From: Candidatus Cloacimonadales bacterium
Lineage (GTDB): Bacteria > Cloacimonadota > Cloacimonadia > Cloacimonadales > JAIOQZ01
Assembly (NCBI GenBank): GCA_963674825.1
Contig: OY771587.1
Coordinates: 2,880,001-2,944,000 of the forward strand
Reading direction: 5' to 3'
Length of the DNA: 64,000 nucleotides
This document shows, piece after piece, positions 50,114 through 59,204 of the stretch. Each line of letters begins with the position of its first letter. Position 1 is the first letter of the stretch. The notes below the pieces were generated by a model. That model searched no databases and was not told the origin of the DNA. It saw nothing but the letters and a program-made list of their open reading frames with translations. The translations under genes were made by a program, and so were the position numbers.

Positions 50114-50713
50114 TTATTTACCTCCCGCTTTGGCCTTGCTTCCGTTGATAATCCATATCAGGATCGCCAGCATGAAGAACGCGCTGGGTGCCATGACCAT
50201 GATCGACCAGTTTGTCCACCAGTCGCCCATGACTTGACCTCCGAAGATGGTTCCGAATCCGGTCAGCTCGCGAACAAAGGAAATCAGGAGCAGGACAAAG
50301 GTGTAGCCGACGCCTGCGCCGATACCGTCAACGAACGAATCGACCGGCGTGTTCTTGGCTGCGAACGCTTCCGCGCGCCCCATGATAATACAATTGGTGA
50401 TAATCAGGCCGACGTAGGGCCCGAGCGCTTTGCTCATATCGGGCATGAAAGCCTTCAGGAAAATATCAACGATGATCACGAACGATGCGATGATTAGCGT
50501 TTGGGCCATCATGCGAACGTTCTTGGGAGTGTATTGCCGGATCATCGAGATGGTGAAGTTGGAAAACGCGAGCACAAAGGTCACACCGAGTCCCATCACC
50601 AGGCTATTCTTCATCAGATTGGTCACCGCCAGGGTCGAGCAGATGCCCAGGATCTGCCGCCAAACGGAATTCTCTGTAAAGGCTGCTGTTACGAAAATAT
50701 CTTTCTTACTCAT
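50114..50713 (-). CDS. nqrD: NqrD/RnfE-family subunit
   Basis: QILGICSTLAVT, VGLIITNCIIMGRAEAFA, RELTGFG, APSAFF. Confidence 0.82.
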   Translation of the reverse strand: MSKKDIFVTAAFTENSVWRQILGICSTLAVTNLMKNSLVMGLGVTFVLAFSNFTISMIRQYTPKNVRMMAQTLIIASFVIIVDIFLKAFMPDMSKALGPYVGLIITNCIIMGRAEAFAAKNTPVDSFVDGIGAGVGYTFVLLLISFVRELTGFGTIFGGQVMGDWWTNWSIMVMAPSAFFMLAILIWIINGSKAKAGGK

Positions 50714-51392
50714 AGGTATGCCCCAATGCCTGTGTTTTTTTCAAGTATTGGTCATGCAGAATTTTGACGATTGCTCCGCTGGAAGCGGTTGCACCGGTAA
50801 TCTGGTTAATCTGTTCGGGTGCGGGTGTCTCTTCTTCGGGTATTAGTTGGAAGCGTACGACGGAGTTATCTCTCACGATTTGCTTGCCGATGAATTGGTC
50901 CTTGAACCACTTCTCGTCGATGCGTCCACCCAATCCCGGGGTCTCGTTCTGCGTAATGATCTCAAAGTGTCGGATCGTTTTGAAATCAGGTGATACGGAG
51001 ATTATCGCTTCGATGGTTCCCCATAGTCCGCTGCCCACCAACGGGAAAGCATATCCGAGGATTTTTTCACCATCGACCAGCTTGTAATATTTCTCGTATT
51101 GCACATACGTTGGATCTTTTTCAGTCGAGACGTTGAGAGAATCGACCACAATGTGTTTCGTGAAAAGCTCTTCGACCTCGTCTTGGGATAAAACAAAAGA
51201 ATCGCCGTTTTTCGGTAGATCAAACAACTTCAGGATTGTCGCGTGTAGCTTGAACTTACGATAACTCTGCACGCGCTCGGATGTTCGGTGGTAAAACGTC
51301 GCCAGTATGCCGACGAAAATGACGGTTAGAATGATCATGAACAGCACGGGATAGAAGCGGCTGTCGGTAAATGTTTTGCGTTCTTTCTGCAC
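50706..51392 (-). CDS. nqrC: NqrC/RnfG-family FMN-binding subunit
   Basis: G.GLWG.I, ETPGLGGRI, FMNylation motif ITGATASS. Confidence 0.8.
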   Translation of the reverse strand: MQKERKTFTDSRFYPVLFMIILTVIFVGILATFYHRTSERVQSYRKFKLHATILKLFDLPKNGDSFVLSQDEVEELFTKHIVVDSLNVSTEKDPTYVQYEKYYKLVDGEKILGYAFPLVGSGLWGTIEAIISVSPDFKTIRHFEIITQNETPGLGGRIDEKWFKDQFIGKQIVRDNSVVRFQLIPEEETPAPEQINQITGATASSGAIVKILHDQYLKKTQALGHTYE

Positions 51393-51402
51393 GTTCCGCT
51401 CC

Positions 51403-52317
51403 TTATTTACCCTTGGTTTTCAGCTTGCCCAGTCCGTGCTCGATGATCGGCATCATGGTGTTGGCAAGAAGCAGTGCGAACATAAAGCCCTCCGGGAAGA
51501 GCGAATAGTTACGAATAAACACGGTAAGGAATCCGACCAGGATACCATATAGCCAGATCGCGTCGTTACGCTTGGGCATGGAAACGGGATCGGTTACCAT
51601 GAACACAGCACCGAACATCAGTCCGCCGGAAAGCATCATGGGAAGCGGATTTCCGCCGTCGAAAAGGAAACTGAACAGTGCGAAGCTCGCCAGCGTTGCG
51701 ACGATTGGCTGCCACTTGGCGGTCTTGGATGTAATCAGATAGAGCGCGGCGAAGATAATCAGAAGTGCGGATGTCTCGCCCATGCTACCCGGGATGAATC
51801 CGAGGAAAAGTTTGGTCAGGCAGGGGGCTGTTGCCGGGTCGGCGAGTTGGGGAATCGGCGTAGCGGATGTGATCTGTCCGGTGTTCATCCAGGTGGCAAA
51901 GCCTCCAGGGAACTTGATGAGCGGTTCGAGCCAGATCGTTTGCATGGCCTTCGGGAATGATATGTAAATAAACGTCCTGCCCACGATCGCCGGGTTGAAT
52001 AAATTCATGCCGAAGCCGCCGAATACCATTTTACCGAAGGTTACAGCGACAACAGAGCCTACGATCGCAATCCAGAAGGGGATCGTCGGTGGCAAAGTCA
52101 GCGCCAGGAGCGTGCCGGTGACGAATACCGCCATGGATACCTTGCCGCCTTTGCGCTTGCGAATGAAGAGATATTCGGTGACAAACGCGGCGATGTTGCT
52201 GATAGCTACAATCGCCAGAACGCGCCATCCGAAAAGGAATATCGACAGGATCATGATCGGCGCTAGAGCGATCAGCACGCGATTCATCATCACCTGTTTC
52301 ATCAGTAGCTTGTTCAT
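51403..52317 (-). CDS. nqrB: NqrB/RnfD-family membrane subunit
   Basis: KMVFGGFG.N.FNPA, TSATP (FMN Thr), GSMGETS, FMVTDPVS. Confidence 0.8.
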   Translation of the reverse strand: MNKLLMKQVMMNRVLIALAPIMILSIFLFGWRVLAIVAISNIAAFVTEYLFIRKRKGGKVSMAVFVTGTLLALTLPPTIPFWIAIVGSVVAVTFGKMVFGGFGMNLFNPAIVGRTFIYISFPKAMQTIWLEPLIKFPGGFATWMNTGQITSATPIPQLADPATAPCLTKLFLGFIPGSMGETSALLIIFAALYLITSKTAKWQPIVATLASFALFSFLFDGGNPLPMMLSGGLMFGAVFMVTDPVSMPKRNDAIWLYGILVGFLTVFIRNYSLFPEGFMFALLLANTMMPIIEHGLGKLKTKGK

Positions 52318-52544
52318 TCATACCTCGTTGAAGAGATTGTTGTCTATAAGATCAAGATTGCGCGACATTTCGTCAACCATTTTCCCGAAATGAGTTAGAA
52401 AGAAGATCGATACTTGATGACAATGTGGGAAGCTATGTAATTTTGATGGCGTGAAATAGTGGGACGAAATAGCTTTTGAGTGCTCATCTCATTTTGATTG
52501 TTGCTACCATATTAATCGCTGCAAGAGCTGGAGAATCCACACCA

Positions 52545-52739
52545 CACGCAGCAGATTCGTTCGCATCCGAGCAGCCGTGTAATACGGTTTTTCGATTGAG
52601 ATATCAAATAAATTCAGGGCATCTCAATCGAAAAACCGTATTACACGGCATTGCGAGGGGATCGGGCGAATATGCGACGTGATTGTCATCTGCAAGCGGT
52701 ATTCTCTTCTCTCTCGCCCATTTTCAGGTGAGGGTCTCT
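52545..52739 (-). repeat. Composite intergenic element, copy 3 (inverted), with a perfect 29-bp stem
   Basis: 52574-52602 and 52621-52649 are perfect inverted repeats; arms and BoxC-like motif match copies 1 and 2 in reverse complement. Confidence 0.85.
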
Positions 52740-52748
52740 TCAAACAAC

Positions 52749-54449
52749 TTACAGCTTCGTATCGATTCCGAAGTGAATGAAACCGTTCTGAGGCTCTGTC
52801 CAGGTGCCTTGCGAATAGCTGAGCGCGTAATCGAGCTGCAATTGCCCAATGGCGGTTTCCACACGAAGCCCTACGCCATACCCGAAGAGGTCATTCAGTC
52901 GCTGGGTCTCTTCACCTTCCATGTACTCCACATAACCATAATCGACAAATACGAACAGCCGTGACAGCCGTGACATGAGTTGCCTCACTTCCAGATTGAT
53001 CCATCCCAGGCGATGCCCGTGGAATTGGTTCTCCCGGAAACCGCGAAGGTTCGAACTTCCGCCCATCTCGAAGCTCTCGTAATCTTCGAGGTCGGTTTTC
53101 TCTTTCTCCTTGCCGTTGATAGAGGTCGCGAGAACGAGTCGCTTGTATAGCTTCTGATAATGATTCCAACCTATTTCGGTAGTATAGTAATTATCGTATT
53201 TGCCTTCGATCTGCTGGAAAGTGTGGTAGTAGCGAACGCTGAACTCGTCGCCATTGCTTGGATTGCGCAGGTAATCGACATCGTTGTAGTTCCAGAACAC
53301 ACCCGCCTTGCGGTAGGAGGTCTTATCGATCCGATATATCTTGCGTGAACCGGGATACACATCCTCGATGCCGGTATAGATACCGAATTCGTTGAAGAGA
53401 GTGTAGTAATAGACTTCAAGTTGCGCGGCCGATTGAATATAGGTGGAATCCACTTCCTCTCTGAAAAGCTCCAGGTCTGCCGCGACGGGAACGTCACCGA
53501 ATCCCGATTCGTGATACCCAAGTTCAACGTAACTGCGATCGGCACTATATCGCTGCCACTTGAGCGAAAGCGCACGATCGGTACCAAAGAGGTTGAGGAA
53601 ATCGAGGTTGAGATAGCCGGTAAATTGATCATCGCTGGTCTCATTCTTACTGTAACCCATGATACCGGTGAGATTGATCATCTTGTCTTCGGTAATGCGG
53701 AAAAGTACCGTACCTGCATCCACCGGGATCACTTCGCACTCTTTAATGTAATCCTTCTTGCCGATGTTCTCACTGATGCGGTTGAGCAGAGGCAGGGTGA
53801 GTACATCGATCGTACGGATGCGTGATAGCCTTAGCAGTGTCTCTTCGGTCGTGACCTTGTTACCCTCGAATCGGTATTTCTGCGGCAGGCAGCGCGGTCC
53901 CTCGAAGATGGTGAGATACGCGGTATAGCTTCCTTTGCGGTTCACCAGTGAATCGAGACGCGCGTCGGCAAAAAGGAATCCCTGTCCGGCGTAGATGTCC
54001 GGAATCTGGTAGATTGCGGAAGATATATCCTGCAGTGAAGCGGGTTCGTCGTTACCGATTCCCGACATCTCGCGCAGCTTGTAATCCGAGAGCAGCCTGT
54101 TGCCGCTGAACACAAGCGAATCCGCCACGATGCGTTCATTCTCATGGATGGTGAAGATAACATCAACCCGATTGGAAGCGACGATCTCGATGTGTGGGTA
54201 TTCGACGACGATATTGAAACGGCCGTAGCGCTGGTAATACTCCATGATCTTGCGACTGTCCGAATTGGCCTTGTCCTGATCGAACCGTTCATCCGGTTTA
54301 AGGGAGATCACGGATTGAAGCTGTCGGTTGGTGAACATTTGGTTGCCGTTGAAATGAATCTCATTGACTTCCATTGCCTGCTCTTGCGATTGCAGCAAGC
54401 TTATGGAAAGGATGCAAAACAAAGCGATTACGATGATGCGTGCGTTCAT
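52749..54449 (-). CDS. BamA/TamA (Omp85) family outer-membrane protein with POTRA domains
   Basis: Signal peptide, I.F.GN....L POTRA repeats, NLFGT, LRGF, FVDYG, GYGVGLR, HFGI C-terminus. Confidence 0.85.
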   Translation of the reverse strand: MNARIIVIALFCILSISLLQSQEQAMEVNEIHFNGNQMFTNRQLQSVISLKPDERFDQDKANSDSRKIMEYYQRYGRFNIVVEYPHIEIVASNRVDVIFTIHENERIVADSLVFSGNRLLSDYKLREMSGIGNDEPASLQDISSAIYQIPDIYAGQGFLFADARLDSLVNRKGSYTAYLTIFEGPRCLPQKYRFEGNKVTTEETLLRLSRIRTIDVLTLPLLNRISENIGKKDYIKECEVIPVDAGTVLFRITEDKMINLTGIMGYSKNETSDDQFTGYLNLDFLNLFGTDRALSLKWQRYSADRSYVELGYHESGFGDVPVAADLELFREEVDSTYIQSAAQLEVYYYTLFNEFGIYTGIEDVYPGSRKIYRIDKTSYRKAGVFWNYNDVDYLRNPSNGDEFSVRYYHTFQQIEGKYDNYYTTEIGWNHYQKLYKRLVLATSINGKEKEKTDLEDYESFEMGGSSNLRGFRENQFHGHRLGWINLEVRQLMSRLSRLFVFVDYGYVEYMEGEETQRLNDLFGYGVGLRVETAIGQLQLDYALSYSQGTWTEPQNGFIHFGIDTKL

Positions 54450-54454
54450 CGAGC

Positions 54455-55516
54455 CTACATGTCCTCCCGGATCGTCTGGATCAGTGTGTCGATGAGCCTC
54501 TCTTCAGGAACCTTGGCGATAATCTCACCCTTGCGGAAGATCAGCCCTTCTCCGATACCCCCCGCGAGTCCGTAATCGGCTTCACGAGCCTCACCGGGAC
54601 CGTTTACTACACAGCCCATGACCGCGACGGTCAAGTCCAACTCATTCATGTCTGCCAGCCGACGCTCAACCTCTTCCGCCAGACTCACAAGGTCGATGCG
54701 CGTTCTACCGCAGGTCGGGCAGGAGACGATGCGAAGACCTTTGCGGAGATCAAGCGACTTCAGGATCTCGAAGCCAACGTAAACTTCCTTCACCGGATCG
54801 GTGGTCAGCGAGACACGAATCGTGTCGCCAATGCCTTCGGAAAGCAACGTGCCGATACCAACCGAAGAGCGGATGGTGCCGGTAAACTGTGTTCCGGCCT
54901 CGGTCACGCCCAAATGCAACGGGTAGTCCACTCGATTGGAAAGGATACGATAAGCTTCGACCATCATCGGAACCGAGGACGCCTTCACGGATATTTTCAT
55001 CTCGTAATAGCCGCAACGCTCCAGGATCGCGACATGCTGAAGTGCACTTTCCACCAATGCGATAGGCGTTACGCCGTACTTTGTAAGGATATCCTTGTCG
55101 ATGGAACCGCTGTTGACACCGATGCGGATGGGGATACTCTTCTCACGAGCTGCATCGACAACCTTGCGAACATTCTCCTCCGAGCCGATGTTGCCGGGAT
55201 TGAGTCGAAGTCCGTCGATGCCGTGCTTCAACGCTTCCAGTGCGAGCTTGTAGTTGAAATGGATATCCGCCACGAGTGGGGTAGAGGTCGCTTTACGAAT
55301 CTCTTTCAGCGCGTTCGCGGCATCCATGTCCGGTACGGCCAGTCTGATAACCTGGCATCCGGCTGATTCGAGTTCTCGTATCTGCCTGATGGTTTTCTCG
55401 ACGTCATGCGTCGGCGTATTGAGCATTGATTGCACGGAGACGGGATGATCGCCACCTATGTAAAGGTCGCGGAGCTTTATGATACGTGTTTTTTTGCGAT
55501 TGAATGTTGTTTCCAT
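54455..55516 (-). CDS. ispG: 4-hydroxy-3-methylbut-2-en-1-yl diphosphate synthase
   Basis: VQSM, ADIHF, RLNPGNIG, RIGVNSGS, HLGVTEAG, SCPTCGR, MGCVVNGPGE. Confidence 0.96.
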   Translation of the reverse strand: METTFNRKKTRIIKLRDLYIGGDHPVSVQSMLNTPTHDVEKTIRQIRELESAGCQVIRLAVPDMDAANALKEIRKATSTPLVADIHFNYKLALEALKHGIDGLRLNPGNIGSEENVRKVVDAAREKSIPIRIGVNSGSIDKDILTKYGVTPIALVESALQHVAILERCGYYEMKISVKASSVPMMVEAYRILSNRVDYPLHLGVTEAGTQFTGTIRSSVGIGTLLSEGIGDTIRVSLTTDPVKEVYVGFEILKSLDLRKGLRIVSCPTCGRTRIDLVSLAEEVERRLADMNELDLTVAVMGCVVNGPGEAREADYGLAGGIGEGLIFRKGEIIAKVPEERLIDTLIQTIREDM

Positions 55517-55518
55517 GA

Positions 55519-56160
55519 TTATACCCCTTGTTTGTCGGGATCCCAGATGAAGCGGTGAAGTTGCAACTGCATGCGAACTGGGGGTCTGTCCTGCATTATC
55601 CATCCGGCAAGCTCTTCCGGGTCGAGTTCCCCGAGTACCGGCGACAGGATGTTGATGTGATGCTCGAGCCGATGACGATTGATGAAATCGAGCGCGAAAA
55701 GATAGTCGTTTCGATCGGACAGGACAAACTTGATTTCGTCGTGACCAGGCTGGAGACGCGGAAGGTTGTCGAGTAGGATGGAGCCTTGCTCATGGCTTCC
55801 AGGGCATTTTACGTCCATGATGACATGCACGCTATATGGGATTTCCTCCAGAGAAACAGAACCGTTGGTTTCCAGCAGAACGGTGTATTTTTCTTCCAAC
55901 AAGCGCTGGATCAGGGTTGTGGATTCATATTGAAGGAGCGGCTCGCCACCGGTGATTTCCACCAGCTTGATGGGTTTGTATTGCTCAATGGAACGGACAA
56001 TCTCGTCGATGTTCATCGCGAATTTGGGTTCGAAAGCATATTGTGTATCGCAGTAGCGGCAGCGAAGGTTACAGCCTGAAGTACGTATGAAAATGCAGGG
56101 AACTCCAGCAAAGGTTGATTCACCCTGGATGCTGGCAAAAATCTCGTAGAGTTGGATCAT
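55519..56160 (-). CDS. queE: 7-carboxy-7-deazaguanine synthase (radical SAM)
   Basis: EIFASIQGE, GCNLRCRYCDT, TGGEPL, ETNG, QLH. Confidence 0.88.
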   Translation of the reverse strand: MIQLYEIFASIQGESTFAGVPCIFIRTSGCNLRCRYCDTQYAFEPKFAMNIDEIVRSIEQYKPIKLVEITGGEPLLQYESTTLIQRLLEEKYTVLLETNGSVSLEEIPYSVHVIMDVKCPGSHEQGSILLDNLPRLQPGHDEIKFVLSDRNDYLFALDFINRHRLEHHINILSPVLGELDPEELAGWIMQDRPPVRMQLQLHRFIWDPDKQGV

Positions 56161-57359
56161 TCTATGGGCAGATAGGGGAATGTCTTTCGCGTGCCGAGAT
56201 ATCCCTGGATCGTGTCCAGAATTCCGGCCGGATTGCCCAGCACGAATTTTTCCCGGTTGCCTGCCTTGAAGACGGTGTAATCGTTTTCGTTCAGGTTGAA
56301 GACTTCCATAAATTCGATGTCGCCGTAAAGGATGCGGTTGTTGAGTGCGAAAATCCGAATGTTTTCGGTATTGCTGAGCAGTATGTTTTCGAAAGGATCC
56401 TCATGCTTGCGATCGAGCACCAGAAGATTGCCAGAAAGGTCATTTAGGCGGCCATATGTCAACGGCTTGAGCAACGCATAAGCGGCATTGACCGTCACCA
56501 TGCGGTACAATTCTTTCGAAGGAATCGACGGCAACATCTCGTGCGCTTTACGGATCTCGCTGAAAAGATTTGTCGTGCCGGACATGGTGGAATCGGTTCC
56601 GATTACCACATTGACACCCCGTTCAAGGCACTCTTCTATATCGGCGGTTTTACCGAGCAGGAATTCGTTTGAGCCCGGACACCAGCAGATGGTCGCGCCG
56701 GCTTCACCGGTTTGCACGATCTCTTCTTTGGTGAAAGATACGCAGTGGATCATCATGGTGTTACGTTTAAGAAGGCCGCGATCACGGACAAGTGTGAATT
56801 CACCGCGCGTCCGATCGTCGAGTCCTTCGCCAACATGGATGATGAACGGCATCGTTCCACCGGTAGCTGCCATCTCTTCTTCGGCTTTCATTCCACCCCA
56901 CCAGTTACCCAGCGTGATCGAGTGGCACTGATAGTAATCTTTCAGTATCTCGATCGGGCGATTCTGGTAGTATTGGTCGATCTGCCGTGGTGCATGATCC
57001 TGTACGAGTCCCACACCGGAGAAGAGATTCTTATAGATGCCAAGATTGACCAGAATGGTGGCGTTGCCTTCGATCAGGTTGAAAGAGCCATCGTTGAGCC
57101 AGACTTTGTCCCGCTCGCGGTATGACGCGGCGTCCTTCATGTCCTCGACCCATATATGCGAATTGATATACGGGCGATTATGCCCGGCGCGCGGGTACCA
57201 GTTACCCACCAGGTGATCGTGTGAGTTGATCAGCGGTGGGTAAGCGATACTATCGCGAATTTCTTTAATTCGGGTATTGGCAAAATCCCCCAGACGTACC
57301 TCTGTATTGGTTAAAATCCTGTCTGGACTTTCTACAGCGAACGGGAGATAGAAGATCAT
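56157..57359 (-). CDS. Metal-dependent amidohydrolase family protein
   Basis: INSHDHL, IHVGEG, IHC, WCPGSN, GTDS. Confidence 0.82.
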   Translation of the reverse strand: MIFYLPFAVESPDRILTNTEVRLGDFANTRIKEIRDSIAYPPLINSHDHLVGNWYPRAGHNRPYINSHIWVEDMKDAASYRERDKVWLNDGSFNLIEGNATILVNLGIYKNLFSGVGLVQDHAPRQIDQYYQNRPIEILKDYYQCHSITLGNWWGGMKAEEEMAATGGTMPFIIHVGEGLDDRTRGEFTLVRDRGLLKRNTMMIHCVSFTKEEIVQTGEAGATICWCPGSNEFLLGKTADIEECLERGVNVVIGTDSTMSGTTNLFSEIRKAHEMLPSIPSKELYRMVTVNAAYALLKPLTYGRLNDLSGNLLVLDRKHEDPFENILLSNTENIRIFALNNRILYGDIEFMEVFNLNENDYTVFKAGNREKFVLGNPAGILDTIQGYLGTRKTFPYLPIE

Positions 57360-57362
57360 GCC

Positions 57363-58541
57363 TTAGTCCTTGAATTTCTTGTTTAAAAGTGGGATAATCT
57401 CGTGCAGATCGCCAACGATTCCGAGATCGGCAACGTTGAAGATCGGCGCATCGGCGTCTTTGTTGATCGCGATGATGTAGTCGGATGACGACATACCGGC
57501 CAGATGCTGGATTGCTCCAGATATACCGCATGCGATGTAGATCTTCGGTTTGATGGTCTTTCCGGTCTGTCCTACCTGGTGCGGGTAGGGGATCCATTCA
57601 GCGTCAACTGCCGCTCTGGATGCTCCGACTGCGCCGCCAAGGTTCTTCGCAAGTTCGTGTAGCATCTCGAAGTTCTTCGGATCCTTCACACCGCGTCCGC
57701 CTGATACGACGAAGTTCGCTTCGGTGATATTGACAGCCTGACCTTCGTCTTTGACTCGTTCCAGAAGGCATGTTTCCATGTCGTCGAAATCGATCTGTTC
57801 GCTGACAACGGTTCCCGAACGCTCTGCATCCTTTTCCATCGGAGTCATGACTTTGTGACGAACGGTCGCCATTTGCGGTCTGTGATCCGGTGTCAGGATT
57901 GTTGCCATAATGTTACCGCCGAATGCCGGACGGGTCTGCAACAGGTTACCGCTGTCGGGATCAATATCCAGCCCGGTACAGTCGGCAGTGAGCCCAGTAT
58001 GAAGCTCAACCGCGACGCGCGGGATAAAGGAACGGCCTATGTTGGTCGCACCAGCGAGGATGATCTCGGGCTTATATTGTTTAGCGAGCTGTGTCATAGC
58101 GTGCGAAAATGGGATATCGTCGAATTGTTCCAGAAGCGGATGATCGACGATGATGACCTTGTCGGCTCCGTGTGCGATCAGTTCTTCCGAGAGCGGTTCG
58201 ACTTCGTTGCCGAAGAGGATCGCGGTAAGTTCGCTTTCACGCTGGTCGGCGAGTTCACGGCCTTTTCCGAGCAGCTCGAGTGATACGGGCGCAACTTCCT
58301 TGCCGTCGTGAAGTTCGGCAAAGACCCAGACGCCTTTGTATTCGGATTTATCGATTTCAACTTTTCCGTGTTTGCGGATGATGATCGCGTCAAATTTACA
58401 TTCACTGACGCATGCTCCGCAGAGAACGCACTTATCCGCGTTGATTTCCGCGAGTTTATCTTTGATTTCGATTGCGTCGTAAGCGCAAGCCTTCAAACAT
58501 AAACCGCAACCAACACATTTTTCAACGATTACTTCAATCAT
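57363..58541 (-). CDS. etfA: Electron transfer flavoprotein alpha subunit with N-terminal 2x[4Fe-4S] ferredoxin
   Basis: Two CxxCxxCxxxC motifs; GLTADCT, RPAFGGN, GASRAAVD, QVGQTGK, GISGAIQH. Confidence 0.93.
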   Translation of the reverse strand: MIEVIVEKCVGCGLCLKACAYDAIEIKDKLAEINADKCVLCGACVSECKFDAIIIRKHGKVEIDKSEYKGVWVFAELHDGKEVAPVSLELLGKGRELADQRESELTAILFGNEVEPLSEELIAHGADKVIIVDHPLLEQFDDIPFSHAMTQLAKQYKPEIILAGATNIGRSFIPRVAVELHTGLTADCTGLDIDPDSGNLLQTRPAFGGNIMATILTPDHRPQMATVRHKVMTPMEKDAERSGTVVSEQIDFDDMETCLLERVKDEGQAVNITEANFVVSGGRGVKDPKNFEMLHELAKNLGGAVGASRAAVDAEWIPYPHQVGQTGKTIKPKIYIACGISGAIQHLAGMSSSDYIIAINKDADAPIFNVADLGIVGDLHEIIPLLNKKFKD

Positions 58542-58711
58542 TCAGACTCCCATAGCGATTTTTGGTAAACAAAGAATTACTTCTGGAATTGGATGCTCTG
58601 TCAAGACTTTTTGTAAGAATCAGCAATATTCGGTCAGAGACTTACGATGGTATGCAGATGATAACTGCATGAAATCTATGACATTGCGCCTTTATATGTT
58701 GTTGTGAGATG

Positions 58712-58737
58712 AAAAAAAGGCGACACAAGTGCCGCCT
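58712..58737 (-). terminator. Probable Rho-independent terminator
   Basis: AGGCGGCAC/GTGTCGCCT stem followed by a T-run on the minus strand. Confidence 0.65.
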
Positions 58738-58763
58738 ATGATGCAAATCGTTTATCGTACTAC

Positions 58764-59126
58764 CTATTTGAGTATGATGAACTTCTTGACCGAGGTAAAC
58801 TTAGCCTGGTTTGAAACCTCGCAAGTGTACCGACCGGTTGGAAGGTCGTTACCGGCGTCATCTTTTCCACACCAGCTGAACTGGTGGTAGCCATCGGAAA
58901 GCAGACCACCATAAATGTGCTTTACTATCTGGTTATTTGAATCATAGATAACCAGATTAGTGTAGGTTGTATGCTGTACGGCTACTGTTATCGTTGTCTC
59001 AAACTCAAACGGGTTAGGTGAGATACTCAAACCAAAAAGAGCTTCAATTCCTCTCGATGTACCAATCGCATGGAGCATCGAACCAACGAGCAGCACGAAC
59101 ATCAACATCATTATTGTACGTCTCAT
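58764..59126 (-). CDS. Small secreted protein consisting only of a FlgD-Ig/CTD domain
   Basis: Signal peptide, then SPNPF..TTI...IYD....VK...G.H...W.GKD..G..LPTG.Y...KKFIILK. Confidence 0.8.
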   Translation of the reverse strand: MRRTIMMLMFVLLVGSMLHAIGTSRGIEALFGLSISPNPFEFETTITVAVQHTTYTNLVIYDSNNQIVKHIYGGLLSDGYHQFSWCGKDDAGNDLPTGRYTCEVSNQAKFTSVKKFIILK

Positions 59127-59204
59127 CTTAACCTCCTGATATCACTTATAGGTTTTTTTCTATTATAATGCAAATATCGTTCCATATTTACTGGGGTGAG
59201 ATAA

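Noticed and set aside
39222..52675. Long hairpin elements as integron attC sites
   Set aside because: No RYYYAAC/GTTRRRY ends, no integron integrase, and they flank housekeeping genes.
55519..56160. queE as part of a 7-deazaguanine DNA-modification (dpd) system
   Set aside because: No dpdA/tgt-like or other dpd genes nearby; housekeeping context.
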